Assembly: GCA_016192845.1 (NCBI GenBank)
Contig: JACPTI010000015.1
Location: 17,022 to 81,021, forward strand
Source: Acidobacteriota bacterium
Lineage (GTDB): Bacteria > Acidobacteriota > Vicinamibacteria > Vicinamibacterales > UBA2999
Reading direction: 5' to 3'
Length of the DNA: 64,000 nt
Shown: positions 56,326 to 64,000 of the stretch, piece after piece
How the letters are laid out: the number at the start of each line of letters is the position of its first letter
How positions within the stretch are numbered: the stretch's first letter is position 1
Notes under the pieces: model-generated
What the model saw: only the letters and a program-made list of their open reading frames with translations
Told to the model about the DNA's origin: nothing
Databases searched by the model: none
Made by a program: the position numbers and the translations under genes

Positions 56326-57183
56326 ATGCAGCCGCTGGCGTATCTCGATCGTGAATTTCTCGACAGCGAAGAGGCCCGCCCCCTGCGGATCCTCGCCGAA
56401 TACCTGGAGCCGCTGCGCCGCTTCCGGGCGCAGAACATCCAGGACACGGTGGTGTTCTTCGGGTCCGCCCGCGTCCACAGCCGCGAGCACGCCGAGCGGG
56501 CGTTGCAGCGGATCATGCACCGTCTGGCGGGCAAGGAGGCGTCCGTGCCCGACGAGCACCTGACGCGGGGCCGCAAGGCCGTCGAATGGTCGCGCTACTA
56601 CGAGGAGGCCCGCGAGCTGGCAAAGCTGCTGACCGCGTGGTCGCTCGGCCTCGGCGATCCCCACCATCGCTTCGTCGTCGCCTCCGGCGGCGGCGCCGGC
56701 ATCATGGAGGCGGCCAACCGCGGCGCGCAGGAAGCCGGCGGGAAGACGGTCGGTCTCAACATCAGGCTCCCGTTCGAGCAGGAGGCGAACCGGTACATCA
56801 CGAAGGGGCTCCACTTCGAGTTCCACTACTTCTTCATGCGGAAGTTCTGGTTCGCCTACCTCGCCAAGGCCCTCGTGGTGTTTCCCGGCGGGTTCGGCAC
56901 GCTCGACGAGATGTTCGAGATCCTCACGCTGATGCAGACCGAGAAGCTCGCCAAGCAGATTCAAATCATCCTGTACGGCACCGACTACTGGAACCGCATC
57001 CTCGACCTCGAGCCGATGGTGGAGTGGGGCGCCGTCAGCGCGAGCGATCTGCACCTGCTGCAGCGCGCCGACACGCCGGCTGAGGCGTTCGAGCTGCTGA
57101 AGGCGCACCTCACGCACTACCATCTGACGCCAGCCACCCCGCAGGAGGCAAAGGCGCCGGGGATCGCGAAGACGCGGTCGTAG
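56326..57183 (+). CDS. LOG/TIGR00730-family nucleotide-binding protein (PpnN-like)
   Basis: In-frame ATG at 56326. Motifs GGGAGIMEA and PGGFGTLDE. GATAAT at 56314-56319 lies 6 nt upstream of the ATG. Confidence 0.85.
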   Translation: MQPLAYLDREFLDSEEARPLRILAEYLEPLRRFRAQNIQDTVVFFGSARVHSREHAERALQRIMHRLAGKEASVPDEHLTRGRKAVEWSRYYEEARELAKLLTAWSLGLGDPHHRFVVASGGGAGIMEAANRGAQEAGGKTVGLNIRLPFEQEANRYITKGLHFEFHYFFMRKFWFAYLAKALVVFPGGFGTLDEMFEILTLMQTEKLAKQIQIILYGTDYWNRILDLEPMVEWGAVSASDLHLLQRADTPAEAFELLKAHLTHYHLTPATPQEAKAPGIAKTRS

Positions 57184-57241
57184 CCAGCGACTCTCACGAA
57201 ACACAGAGGCACCGAGACGCCGAGGAAAATCAGGAATGGAG

Positions 57242-57874
57242 CTACTGCGGCGGCTTGTACGCGCCGAACGGTGGCTCTGATGAGGGCGGAACGATACCCA
57301 TCAGCCGCATGTAGGTGACAAGATTTCCGTAATGCTCGAACGCGTGCGCCGTGTGAAACGCGAGAACGGTTAATCGCGGCATCTGAACCGGCACTCGTGC
57401 ACCCTCACCACCTGCATCGAATTTCACAATTGGAGTCCCGCCGCTATCCGTCATCGCAGCATACTGCTTATCGCAATATGCGAATGATTCATTGAGTGCC
57501 TTCGTCAGGTCCGCCTTGGTGCGCTTTTCTCTTTCGATTCCGGCGTCCATCGGCGGATCCTGACCGGCCAGGACCGAACACAGTCTGTAATTCGAATCTG
57601 CGAGATGCCCGATGAGTTGAGCGACCGAACGCACTTCGGGTGTTGGCCGGAATGCGTAGTCTCCGTCGGGGATCTTCAGGGCGGCGCGAGTAACGTAGTT
57701 CTTGACGATCGCGTAATGAACTGTCGCGCCAGCCGTGAGGGGGTTTGACGATTGCGCGTGCGCGGCGCCATAAACAGCAAGGAGCGCCTCAATACAGCAA
57801 GTACGGCTTGCGCAGGCGCTCGAAGGCCAGCTCGTCTTCGCGCCAGCTCGCGGCAATCTCGGCGGGCGGGGCAT
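57242..57874 (-). CDS. DinB-family protein (lower-GC gene)
   Basis: DinB-like His motifs (LIGHLADSNY, FHTAHAFEHYGN). The start is uncertain: the ORF start at 57874 would overlap the upstream gene by 86 nt. Confidence 0.65.
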   Translation of the reverse strand: MPRPPRLPRAGAKTSWPSSACASRTCCIEALLAVYGAAHAQSSNPLTAGATVHYAIVKNYVTRAALKIPDGDYAFRPTPEVRSVAQLIGHLADSNYRLCSVLAGQDPPMDAGIEREKRTKADLTKALNESFAYCDKQYAAMTDSGGTPIVKFDAGGEGARVPVQMPRLTVLAFHTAHAFEHYGNLVTYMRLMGIVPPSSEPPFGAYKPPQ

Positions 57875-58979
57875 CGCGCTCGATCTGCCGGCGGAGCGCG
57901 TCCGAGCCGGCCAGGATGTCGATCGGCAGCTTCTCGCGTTCGTACTCGTACGGCGGCTGCCGCCAGGCGAAGCTCGCGGGGGCGAAGCGCCGGAACATCT
58001 GGATCAAGGCCACGCCCGTCAGGACCGGACGGAAATCGTGGCGGTTGAGCACGTGAATCTGACAGCCGCCGCAGCTCCGCTGCGCATGCTTCTGGAACGT
58101 CGGCTCGAACACCGCCGATCTGAAGTACACCCCCGGCAGATCGAGGGCGTTCATCGCGTCCGCGAACCGCTCGGCGTCGATCCACGGCGCTCCAACCAGC
58201 TCGAACGGCCTCGTCGTGCCCCGTCCTTCCGACAGCATCGTTCCTTCGAAGAGCACGGTGCCGGGATAGACGAAGGCCGTGTCGATGGTCGGCATGTTCG
58301 GCGACGGCATCACCCACGGCAGGCCCGTGTGATCGCCGTAGACGCCGCGCCGCCACCGCTCCATCCGGGCGATCTCGAGCGGTGCGCCAATCCCGAACTG
58401 CTCGTTGAAGAGCGCCGCCAGCTCGCCGATCGTCATCCCGTGCCGCATCGGAATCGGGAACTGGCCGACGAACGACTCGAACCCGGGTACGAGCGACATG
58501 CCCTCGACGCGCTGCCCGCCAATCGGGTTCGGCCGATCGCAGACGACGACGGGCACGCCGTGCCGCCGCCCGGCCCGCAGGCAGTTCGCCATCGTGTAGA
58601 TGTAGGTGTAAATCCGGGCGCCAACGTCCTGCAGGTCGACGACGAGCACGTCGACCTCCCGCAGCATCTCCGCGGTGGGTTCACGCGTCTCGCTGTAGAG
58701 CGAATAGACGGGCACGCGCCGCGCCGGGTCCTCCCGGTGCGGCGTTTCCACCATGTTCTCCTGGACGTCGGACGTGAACCCGTGCTGCGGTCCGAAGACC
58801 GCCGTCAGCTGCACGCCGTCCCGGGAGGCGAGGCGGTCGACGATGTGACGAAAGGCGTGGTCGATGGACGCGTGGTTGCAGACCACGCCGACGCGGGCGC
58901 CGCGGAGGCGCTCGGATGCCAGCAGGACGTCGGACCCGAGACGGACGACACCAGGCAGCGTCGCGCGCATCGCTCTCAT
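57789..58979 (-). CDS. DUF1343-family protein (NamZ-like exo-muramidase family)
   Basis: In-frame ATG at 58979 (or 58970). GVVCNHASI...FGPQHGF...VDLQDVGARIYTY is typical of DUF1343. Confidence 0.85.
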   Translation of the reverse strand: MRAMRATLPGVVRLGSDVLLASERLRGARVGVVCNHASIDHAFRHIVDRLASRDGVQLTAVFGPQHGFTSDVQENMVETPHREDPARRVPVYSLYSETREPTAEMLREVDVLVVDLQDVGARIYTYIYTMANCLRAGRRHGVPVVVCDRPNPIGGQRVEGMSLVPGFESFVGQFPIPMRHGMTIGELAALFNEQFGIGAPLEIARMERWRRGVYGDHTGLPWVMPSPNMPTIDTAFVYPGTVLFEGTMLSEGRGTTRPFELVGAPWIDAERFADAMNALDLPGVYFRSAVFEPTFQKHAQRSCGGCQIHVLNRHDFRPVLTGVALIQMFRRFAPASFAWRQPPYEYEREKLPIDILAGSDALRRQIERDAPPAEIAASWREDELAFERLRKPYLLY

Positions 58980-59059
58980 TATTGTTGAGCTACGCGCCTG
59001 CAGACGCGACGTCGATCGACCACAACCTGCGGACCGAGCGCAGGGCCGCGCGCCGGTAG

Positions 59060-59265
59060 GCGGGGTCTCCAGCCCGGGTCCCCATCGCGCCTGCGCGATG
59101 CGGGGTCCCCACCGCGCACGCTTCCACCCCATGACGCAAGTGTGCGCCGTGGGGACCCCGGCCTTGCGCGGTGGGGTGCAGGTGGGGTGGCGTCGCGCGG
59201 AGTGTGCGCGCTGAGGATGCCCGAGAGCACCCCAACGCGCACAAACCGCGCGTTGGGGACCCCGT
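59060..59265. repeat. Cluster of 3-4 REP-A elements, intact and degenerate, in both orientations
   Basis: CCCCATCGCGC/GCGCGATGCGGGG at 59080-59105 and GGGGTCCCCACCGCGCAC...GTGCGCCGTGGGGACCCC at 59102-59159. A degenerate copy lies at about 59180-59222. A perfect inverted-orientation copy, GCACCCCAACGCGCACAAACCGCGCGTTGGGGACCCC, lies at 59227-59263. Confidence 0.85.
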
Positions 59266-59279
59266 TAGAATAGGCGCCA

Positions 59280-59516
59280 GTGTCGATGACCGACGCGCAG
59301 CCCGTCGCCACCCTGTGGCAGCTCGCGTGGAACGACGACCGGCTGTTCTGCAGCGTCTATCGCCAAGGCGACGGCTTCGAGCTGCGCCTGGAATCGCCGA
59401 CGGCCGTCATCCTGAGCGAGCGCTTCGAGCTGCAGCCGCGCATGCTCGCGCGCACCGAGGCGCTGCGCGCCTCGCCCAAGCGACGCGGCTGGCGGGAACC
59501 GGCCTCGGATTCGTGA
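59280..59516 (+). CDS. Small hypothetical protein (76-78 aa)
   Basis: ORF track (GTG 59280 or ATG 59286): MTDAQPVATLWQLAWNDDRLFCSVYRQGDGFELRLESP.... I recognise no family. Confidence 0.4.
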   Translation: MSMTDAQPVATLWQLAWNDDRLFCSVYRQGDGFELRLESPTAVILSERFELQPRMLARTEALRASPKRRGWREPASDS

Positions 59517-59545
59517 TTGGCGATTCGTGATCGATCGCGATCGCC
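59507..59545. repeat. REP-C copy (GGATTCGTGATTGGCGATTCGTGATCGATCGCGATCGCC)
   Basis: The 13-mer ATTCGTGATTGGC at 59509-59521 is identical to 33025-33037. In both loci it sits on the stop codon of a plus-strand gene. Confidence 0.75.
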
Positions 59546-59684
59546 TGCTTGGTCGATCGCGCGCCGTGCTTCCCCTCGCGGACGTGATGCATCTCCTCGC
59601 GGACGAATTCGCCGGCCTGCGTCGACGGCGCCTTGCCCTGACGCTTGCCTGGCGGGCGCGCTCCAACGTCTGTTTCTCAGGCAT
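59530..59684 (-). pseudogene. Frameshifted, 3'-truncated remnant of a small basic protein gene
   Basis: The frame from ATG 59684 gives MPEKQTLERARQ. A -1 shift near 59647 then continues as KRQGKAPSTQAGEFVREEMHHVREGKHGARSTKQAIAI, after which the sequence runs into the REP-C repeat. Confidence 0.5.
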
Positions 59685-59892
59685 CGTGGTGTACCTCGTG
59701 GCCCGCGGTGCACCGATGTGTGCGACTCAACCGTCGGGGGCCAGTGACGCCCATGCGCAAGATCCGCACCGTCGCCTGTCTGCGTCGCGCATCGTGGGCT
59801 ATGCTCATGCTCAGCCACGACAGCCACAAAGACGGTTGAGCCGCTAGGAGCACCGAGAACACAATGGGACGAGTACCAAAAAACACAAAGGT

Positions 59893-59925
59893 GGCGGAAC
59901 GAGCCCTTTGGCGGAACGAGCCCTT
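59893..59925 (+). repeat. Tandem duplication of GGCGGAACGAGCCCTT(T) upstream of panE
   Basis: Copies at 59893-59909 and 59910-59925, 12 nt before the GTG at 59938. Confidence 0.8.
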
Positions 59926-59937
59926 GGGGGAAGCTGC

Positions 59938-60897
59938 GTGAAGATTGCGGTCATGGGATCGGGCGGCCTGGGCGGCCTGTACGGCGGCCGGCTCGCCCAT
60001 GCGGGGTACGACGTTTCGTTCATTGCGCGCGGCGCGCATCTGGCCGCGATGGAGGAGCGCGGGCTGCTCATTGAGAACGAGCTGCACGGCAGCATTCATA
60101 TTCCGCGCGTGCAGGCGACCGACGACCCTTCGACGGTCGGGGTGGTCGATCTCGTGCTGATTGCGGTCAAGCTCTGGGATACGGAGCACGCGGTGCGGGC
60201 GATCCGGCCGATTGTGGGACCGCAGACGACCGTCATCTCCCTGCAGAACGGCGTCGTCAAAGACGACATCCTGCGGCGGGAGTTCGGCAACGCCGCCGCG
60301 ATGGGCGGTGTCGCCTACGTGGCCACGCAGATCGCCCGGCCGGGCGTGATCCGCCAGACCGGGACGATGCAGCGGTTCATCGTTGGCGAGTACGACGGCC
60401 GGCGCTCGGCGCGCGCCGAGCGGCTGCTCGAGGCGCTGGTCCGGGCGGGCATCCAGGCCGAGATCTCGGACGACATCCGGCGGACGCTCTGGGAGAAGTA
60501 CGTATTCCTCGTCGGGCTGTCCGGGACGACCGCGGCGATGCGGTCGACCATCGGACCGATCCGGTCAAACCCGCAGACCCGTGCCTTTCTGTTCGAACTG
60601 CTCCGGGAAACCGTCGCCGTCGGACGCGCGCACGGCGTCAACCTGCCGGAGGACTACGCCGAGCAGCGGCTGGCGTTTCTCGATACCGTTCCGGCCGACA
60701 TGACCTCGTCCATGCACCACGACCTCGAGCGCGGCAACCGCCTCGAGGTCGCATGGCTTTCGGGCGCCGTCGTCCAGCTCGGCCAGGCGGTTGGCGTGCC
60801 GACTCCCGCAAATCGCACGGTATGGGACATCCTCGCGCTCTACGCCGACGGCCGGCCTCCCGCGGGCCGGGTCTCGGACCGGGCATCGGCCCCGTGA
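59938..60897 (+). CDS. panE: 2-dehydropantoate 2-reductase (ketopantoate reductase)
   Basis: In-frame GTG at 59938. VKIAVMGSGGLGG Rossmann motif and an ApbA/PanE-like C-terminal domain. Confidence 0.85.
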   Translation: MKIAVMGSGGLGGLYGGRLAHAGYDVSFIARGAHLAAMEERGLLIENELHGSIHIPRVQATDDPSTVGVVDLVLIAVKLWDTEHAVRAIRPIVGPQTTVISLQNGVVKDDILRREFGNAAAMGGVAYVATQIARPGVIRQTGTMQRFIVGEYDGRRSARAERLLEALVRAGIQAEISDDIRRTLWEKYVFLVGLSGTTAAMRSTIGPIRSNPQTRAFLFELLRETVAVGRAHGVNLPEDYAEQRLAFLDTVPADMTSSMHHDLERGNRLEVAWLSGAVVQLGQAVGVPTPANRTVWDILALYADGRPPAGRVSDRASAP

Positions 60898-61985
60898 CGC
60901 TGCCGCGCCTCACCGTCCGCTGGCTTCGCGCGGTGCCGGTGACGGTGCCCATGAAGCACGCGCTCGGCACGAGCGCTGCGACGGTCCGCACGGCGCCGGT
61001 CCTGCTCGTCGATCTGGAAACGCACCAGGGGGTCACCGGACGGGCGTACCAGTTCTGCTACCGGCCGGCGGCGGCGCCCGCCATTGTGTGCTTTCTCGAC
61101 GACATTCTCGAGGCGATTACCGGCGCGCCGCTCGTGCCCGCGGATCTGTGGAGCGTGCTCTCGAAGCGCTACACGCTCATCGGCGTGCAGGGGATTGTTC
61201 GTATGGCGATGGCGCTTGTCGACGTTGCGAGTTGGGACGCGCTCGCGCAGGCGGCCGGGCTCCCGCTCGTGCGGCTCGTCGGCGGCATTCCGCGACCGGT
61301 TCCCGCGTACAACAGCAACGGCCTGGGGCTGATGCGTGTCGACGCGCTGGCGGACGAGGCGGAGCGGCTGCTCGAGCGGGGCTTCCGCGGCGTGAAGCTG
61401 CGGCTCGGCTACCCGACGCTGGAAGAGGATCTGGCGGCCGTCCGCGCGGTCCGCGGGCGCATCTCTGACGACATCGCGCTGATGGTCGACTACAACCAGG
61501 CGCTCACGATGGCCGAGGCGATCCGCCGCGCGCGCGCCCTTGACGAGGAAGGGGTTTACTGGATTGAGGAGCCGATCCGGCACGACGATTACGCCGGGTG
61601 CGCCCAGATTGCCCACGCGGCGGCGACGCCCGTGCAGATCGGCGAGAACTTCTCTCAGGTGTACGACATGGAAAAGGCGCTGGCGGCCGGCGCCTGCGAC
61701 TACGTGATGCCCGATCTCGAGCGCATTGGCGGCGTCACCGGCTGGCAGCGGGCGAGCGCGCTCGCCGCCGGGGCGGCCGTCCCCCTGTCGTCGCACCTCT
61801 ATCCAGAAGTCAGCGCCCAGCTGCTGGCTGCCACACCCACTGCTCACTGGCTGGAGTATGTCGACTGGATGACGCCGCTGCTCGCCGAGCCGCTCCGGAT
61901 CGTCGACGGCATGGCCGTGATTCCCGACCGTCCGGGCAACGGGCTTCTCTGGAACCCGGGGGCCGTGCGGCGCTACGCCGCCTGA
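60894..61985 (+). CDS. Mandelate racemase/muconate lactonizing enzyme family (enolase superfamily)
   Basis: The GTG at 60894 overlaps the panE stop (GTGA). MVDYNQ, YWIEEP and IGENF motifs are typical of the family. Confidence 0.85.
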   Translation: MTLPRLTVRWLRAVPVTVPMKHALGTSAATVRTAPVLLVDLETHQGVTGRAYQFCYRPAAAPAIVCFLDDILEAITGAPLVPADLWSVLSKRYTLIGVQGIVRMAMALVDVASWDALAQAAGLPLVRLVGGIPRPVPAYNSNGLGLMRVDALADEAERLLERGFRGVKLRLGYPTLEEDLAAVRAVRGRISDDIALMVDYNQALTMAEAIRRARALDEEGVYWIEEPIRHDDYAGCAQIAHAAATPVQIGENFSQVYDMEKALAAGACDYVMPDLERIGGVTGWQRASALAAGAAVPLSSHLYPEVSAQLLAATPTAHWLEYVDWMTPLLAEPLRIVDGMAVIPDRPGNGLLWNPGAVRRYAA

Positions 61986-61998
61986 AGCATTCAGTGCA

Positions 61999-62027
61999 TT
62001 GCCCGATTTCGCCCGTTGCGGTATAAG
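61999..62027 (+). promoter_or_regulatory. Candidate promoter TTGCCC, 17 nt spacer, TATAAG; 7 nt to ATG 62035
   Basis: TTGCCC at 61999-62004 and TATAAG at 62022-62027. Leaderless geometry. Confidence 0.45.
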
Positions 62028-62034
62028 GGCCGCC

Positions 62035-63519
62035 ATGCGTATGGCCCGTGTGATGGCCCTGGTGCTGGTCGCCGGCGTCGCGGTGCTCGCCCAGTCCCCC
62101 ACCGATCCGTTTCCGGCGCCGATCCCGGTCAACGAGGGCGTCATCCGGGTTCGGTTCGTGGAATTTGCGTCCATTCCCGACGTCGGCGGGGAGCCCGCGC
62201 GCATGATGCTCCTGGTCGACGAGCCGGGCACGCGCCGCCTGTTCGTCAACGACATGCGCGGGCCGCTGTACGCCGTCAGCTACGACGGCCGGACCGTCGC
62301 GCCGTACCTCGACATCAACGCGCCGCAGTGGGGCGTCGCCGTGCAGGCAGCCGGCCGCGAGCGCGGCTTCCAGAGTTTTGCGCTTCACCCGCAGTTCGGC
62401 CGCCCGGGAACACCCGGGTTCGGCAAGCTGTATACCTGGACGGATACGAGCAACATGACGCCGCCGCCCGACTTCCGGCCGGGCGGCGGCAACCGCACCC
62501 ACGCGACGGTGCTGCTCGAATGGACCGCGCGCACGCCCACGTCCGCCACCTACGACGGCGGGCCTCCGCGCGAGTTGCTGCGTCTCGAGCAGCCGTTTGC
62601 GAATCACAATGGCGGCCACATGAGCTTCAACCCGCTGGTGGCGCCCGGCAGCGCGGACTTCGGTCTGCTCTACGTCGGCGTCGCCGACGGCGGGAGCGGC
62701 GGCGATCCGCTCAACCTCGCGCAAAACCTCGGCTCGCCGTTCGGCAAGGTGCTGCGCATCGACCCGCTCGGCGGTCCGCACGTCGTGCGGACCGCCGCAA
62801 GCCAGCACTGGCCGGTCGGGTCGCAAAGCGACCCGACCTTGAACAGCACGAATCGCAAGTACGGCATTCCGGCGAGCAATCCGTTCGCCGGCAAGCCGGG
62901 CGTGCTCGGCGAGATCTACGCCTACGGCGTGCGCAACCCGCAACGGTTCGGCTGGGACCAGCGCAACGGGAATCTCTTCCTCGCCGATATCGGCCAGAAC
63001 ATCGTCGAGGAGCTGAGCCTTGTGTCTCGAGGGGCCAACCTCGGATGGAACAAGTGGGAGGGGAGCTTCGGCTACATCAGCCGTGAGGCCGTGGATCTCA
63101 CGCGCCGCCGCGCGGATCCCACCGCCACCTACCCGGTGGTCGAGTACGGGCAGCTCGATCCGCTGCTCCAGGGGAACTCGGCCATCACCGGCGTCCACGT
63201 GTACCGCAGCGGCGCGATCCCACAGCTGATGAACCTGGTGCTGTTCGGCGACTTCCCGAGCGGCGAGATCTTCTACGTCCACGCCGATCGGCTGCCGAAC
63301 GGCGGCCAGGACGCCATCCGCCGCGTGCTGCTCAACGACGGCGGCGAGTCGAAGACGCTGTTGCAGGTGATTCGGGAAAAGAATGTCAAACGGGGCCGGC
63401 CGCCGGCCTCGCGCGCCGACCTGCGGTTCGGCGCGGGGCCCGACGGCCGCGTGTTCCTGCTCAACAAGCACGACGGGACGATTCGCCTGCTGGTGCCCGA
63501 CGGTCAGGCCACACGGTGA
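62035..63519 (+). CDS. Secreted SGDH-like beta-propeller protein (paralog of 27942-29468)
   Basis: In-frame ATG at 62035. Signal peptide MRMARVMALVLVAGVAVLAQS. Motifs LHPQF, YAYGVRNPQRFGWD and NLGWN. Confidence 0.75.
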   Translation: MRMARVMALVLVAGVAVLAQSPTDPFPAPIPVNEGVIRVRFVEFASIPDVGGEPARMMLLVDEPGTRRLFVNDMRGPLYAVSYDGRTVAPYLDINAPQWGVAVQAAGRERGFQSFALHPQFGRPGTPGFGKLYTWTDTSNMTPPPDFRPGGGNRTHATVLLEWTARTPTSATYDGGPPRELLRLEQPFANHNGGHMSFNPLVAPGSADFGLLYVGVADGGSGGDPLNLAQNLGSPFGKVLRIDPLGGPHVVRTAASQHWPVGSQSDPTLNSTNRKYGIPASNPFAGKPGVLGEIYAYGVRNPQRFGWDQRNGNLFLADIGQNIVEELSLVSRGANLGWNKWEGSFGYISREAVDLTRRRADPTATYPVVEYGQLDPLLQGNSAITGVHVYRSGAIPQLMNLVLFGDFPSGEIFYVHADRLPNGGQDAIRRVLLNDGGESKTLLQVIREKNVKRGRPPASRADLRFGAGPDGRVFLLNKHDGTIRLLVPDGQATR

Positions 63520-63564
63520 CCGGTACAACGCCGGCGCCGACGTACATCACGGAGGAGACGTCAC

Positions 63565-64000
63565 ATGCGCTTCATGAACATGCACTCACGTGAAAGGACC
63601 TTCGTCGCGGGCCTGCTCGGCGCGGGCCTGCTATTGGGTGCGGCGTGTTCGGCGCCGCAGACCACGGAGACCTCGCAGGCCGGTGCCGGCGTGACCGCCC
63701 TCGAGGGTGCGCGCGTCATCGTCGGCGACGGCAGCGCGCCGATCGAGAATGCCACGATCCTCGTGCGCAACTCGCAGATCGAGCAGGTCGGCCCCGCCGG
63801 GTCGGTACAAGTGCCCGAGGGCGCGACCCGCGTCGATCTCGCGGGCAAGACGGTGATACCGGGGATCATCGACGCCCACGTGCATCTGCGCTCCCAGTCG
63901 CGCGACATGCTCGTCGAGGACCTGCAGCGCCGCGCGTACTACGGCGTCATTGCCGCGGCGAGCATGGGACAGGACCAGGGCGACATTCCGTACCAGGTGC
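63565..64000 (+). CDS. Amidohydrolase-family lipoprotein, N-terminal part (runs off the window end)
   Basis: GGAGGAG Shine-Dalgarno lies 7 nt before ATG 63565. Hand translation gives MRFMNMHSRERTFVAGLLGAGLLLGAACS...AGKTVIPGIIDAHVHL. Confidence 0.8.
   Translation, partial: MRFMNMHSRERTFVAGLLGAGLLLGAACSAPQTTETSQAGAGVTALEGARVIVGDGSAPIENATILVRNSQIEQVGPAGSVQVPEGATRVDLAGKTVIPGIIDAHVHLRSQSRDMLVEDLQRRAYYGVIAAASMGQDQGDIPYQV

Noticed and set aside
59677-60189. 170-aa minus-strand ORF
   Set aside because: It is antisense to the panE 5' region and the non-coding leader, with no motifs. It is a shadow ORF.

Overview
High-GC bacterial chromosomal segment. Hand-counted 60-nt lines in coding DNA run about 65-85% G+C. 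It holds about 60 protein genes, mostly tightly packed or overlapping, and one tRNA-Ala(GGC). I found no rRNA, CRISPR array, transposase or integrase.

Housekeeping blocks:
- dksA-lon
- ileS-lspA-lgt-rluD-NUDIX (minus strand)
- bioY-thiD-moaE-moaD-prfA-prmC-HIT (minus strand)
- aspA, divergent from a class I fumarate hydratase, then erpA
- addB-addA-DUF488
- apbC, panE, and two pairs of M16 peptidases

Most interesting region, 42.3-52.8 kb:
- A porin / FMN-binding protein / 4-TM His-rich membrane protein / ApbE operon, which looks like an extracytosolic flavin electron-transfer module.
- It shares one AT-rich control region with a divergent five-gene operon, translationally coupled throughout: PhnD-like binding protein, ATPase, permease, and an M16 peptidase pair.
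- Next to it lies a chimeric ORF: a TonB-receptor N-terminus fused to a CbiX-like chelatase C-terminus.

Other notable items:
- a Fur-family / rubrerythrin-like diiron fusion protein
- an ABC-ATPase-like protein with every catalytic motif degenerate
- a frameshifted and truncated small gene
- a lower-GC DinB gene
- at least four families of intergenic palindromic or tandem repeats, one showing a compensatory stem change
- a recurring -10 box 6-8 nt upstream of start codons, suggesting leaderless mRNAs

The repeat types and gene content suggest an Acidobacteriota-like organism, but that is only an inference. All calls come from reading the sequence and the ORF track. No database search was possible, so family names rest on motifs I recognise.

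Many long ORFs in the track are GC-driven shadow frames and were not called.
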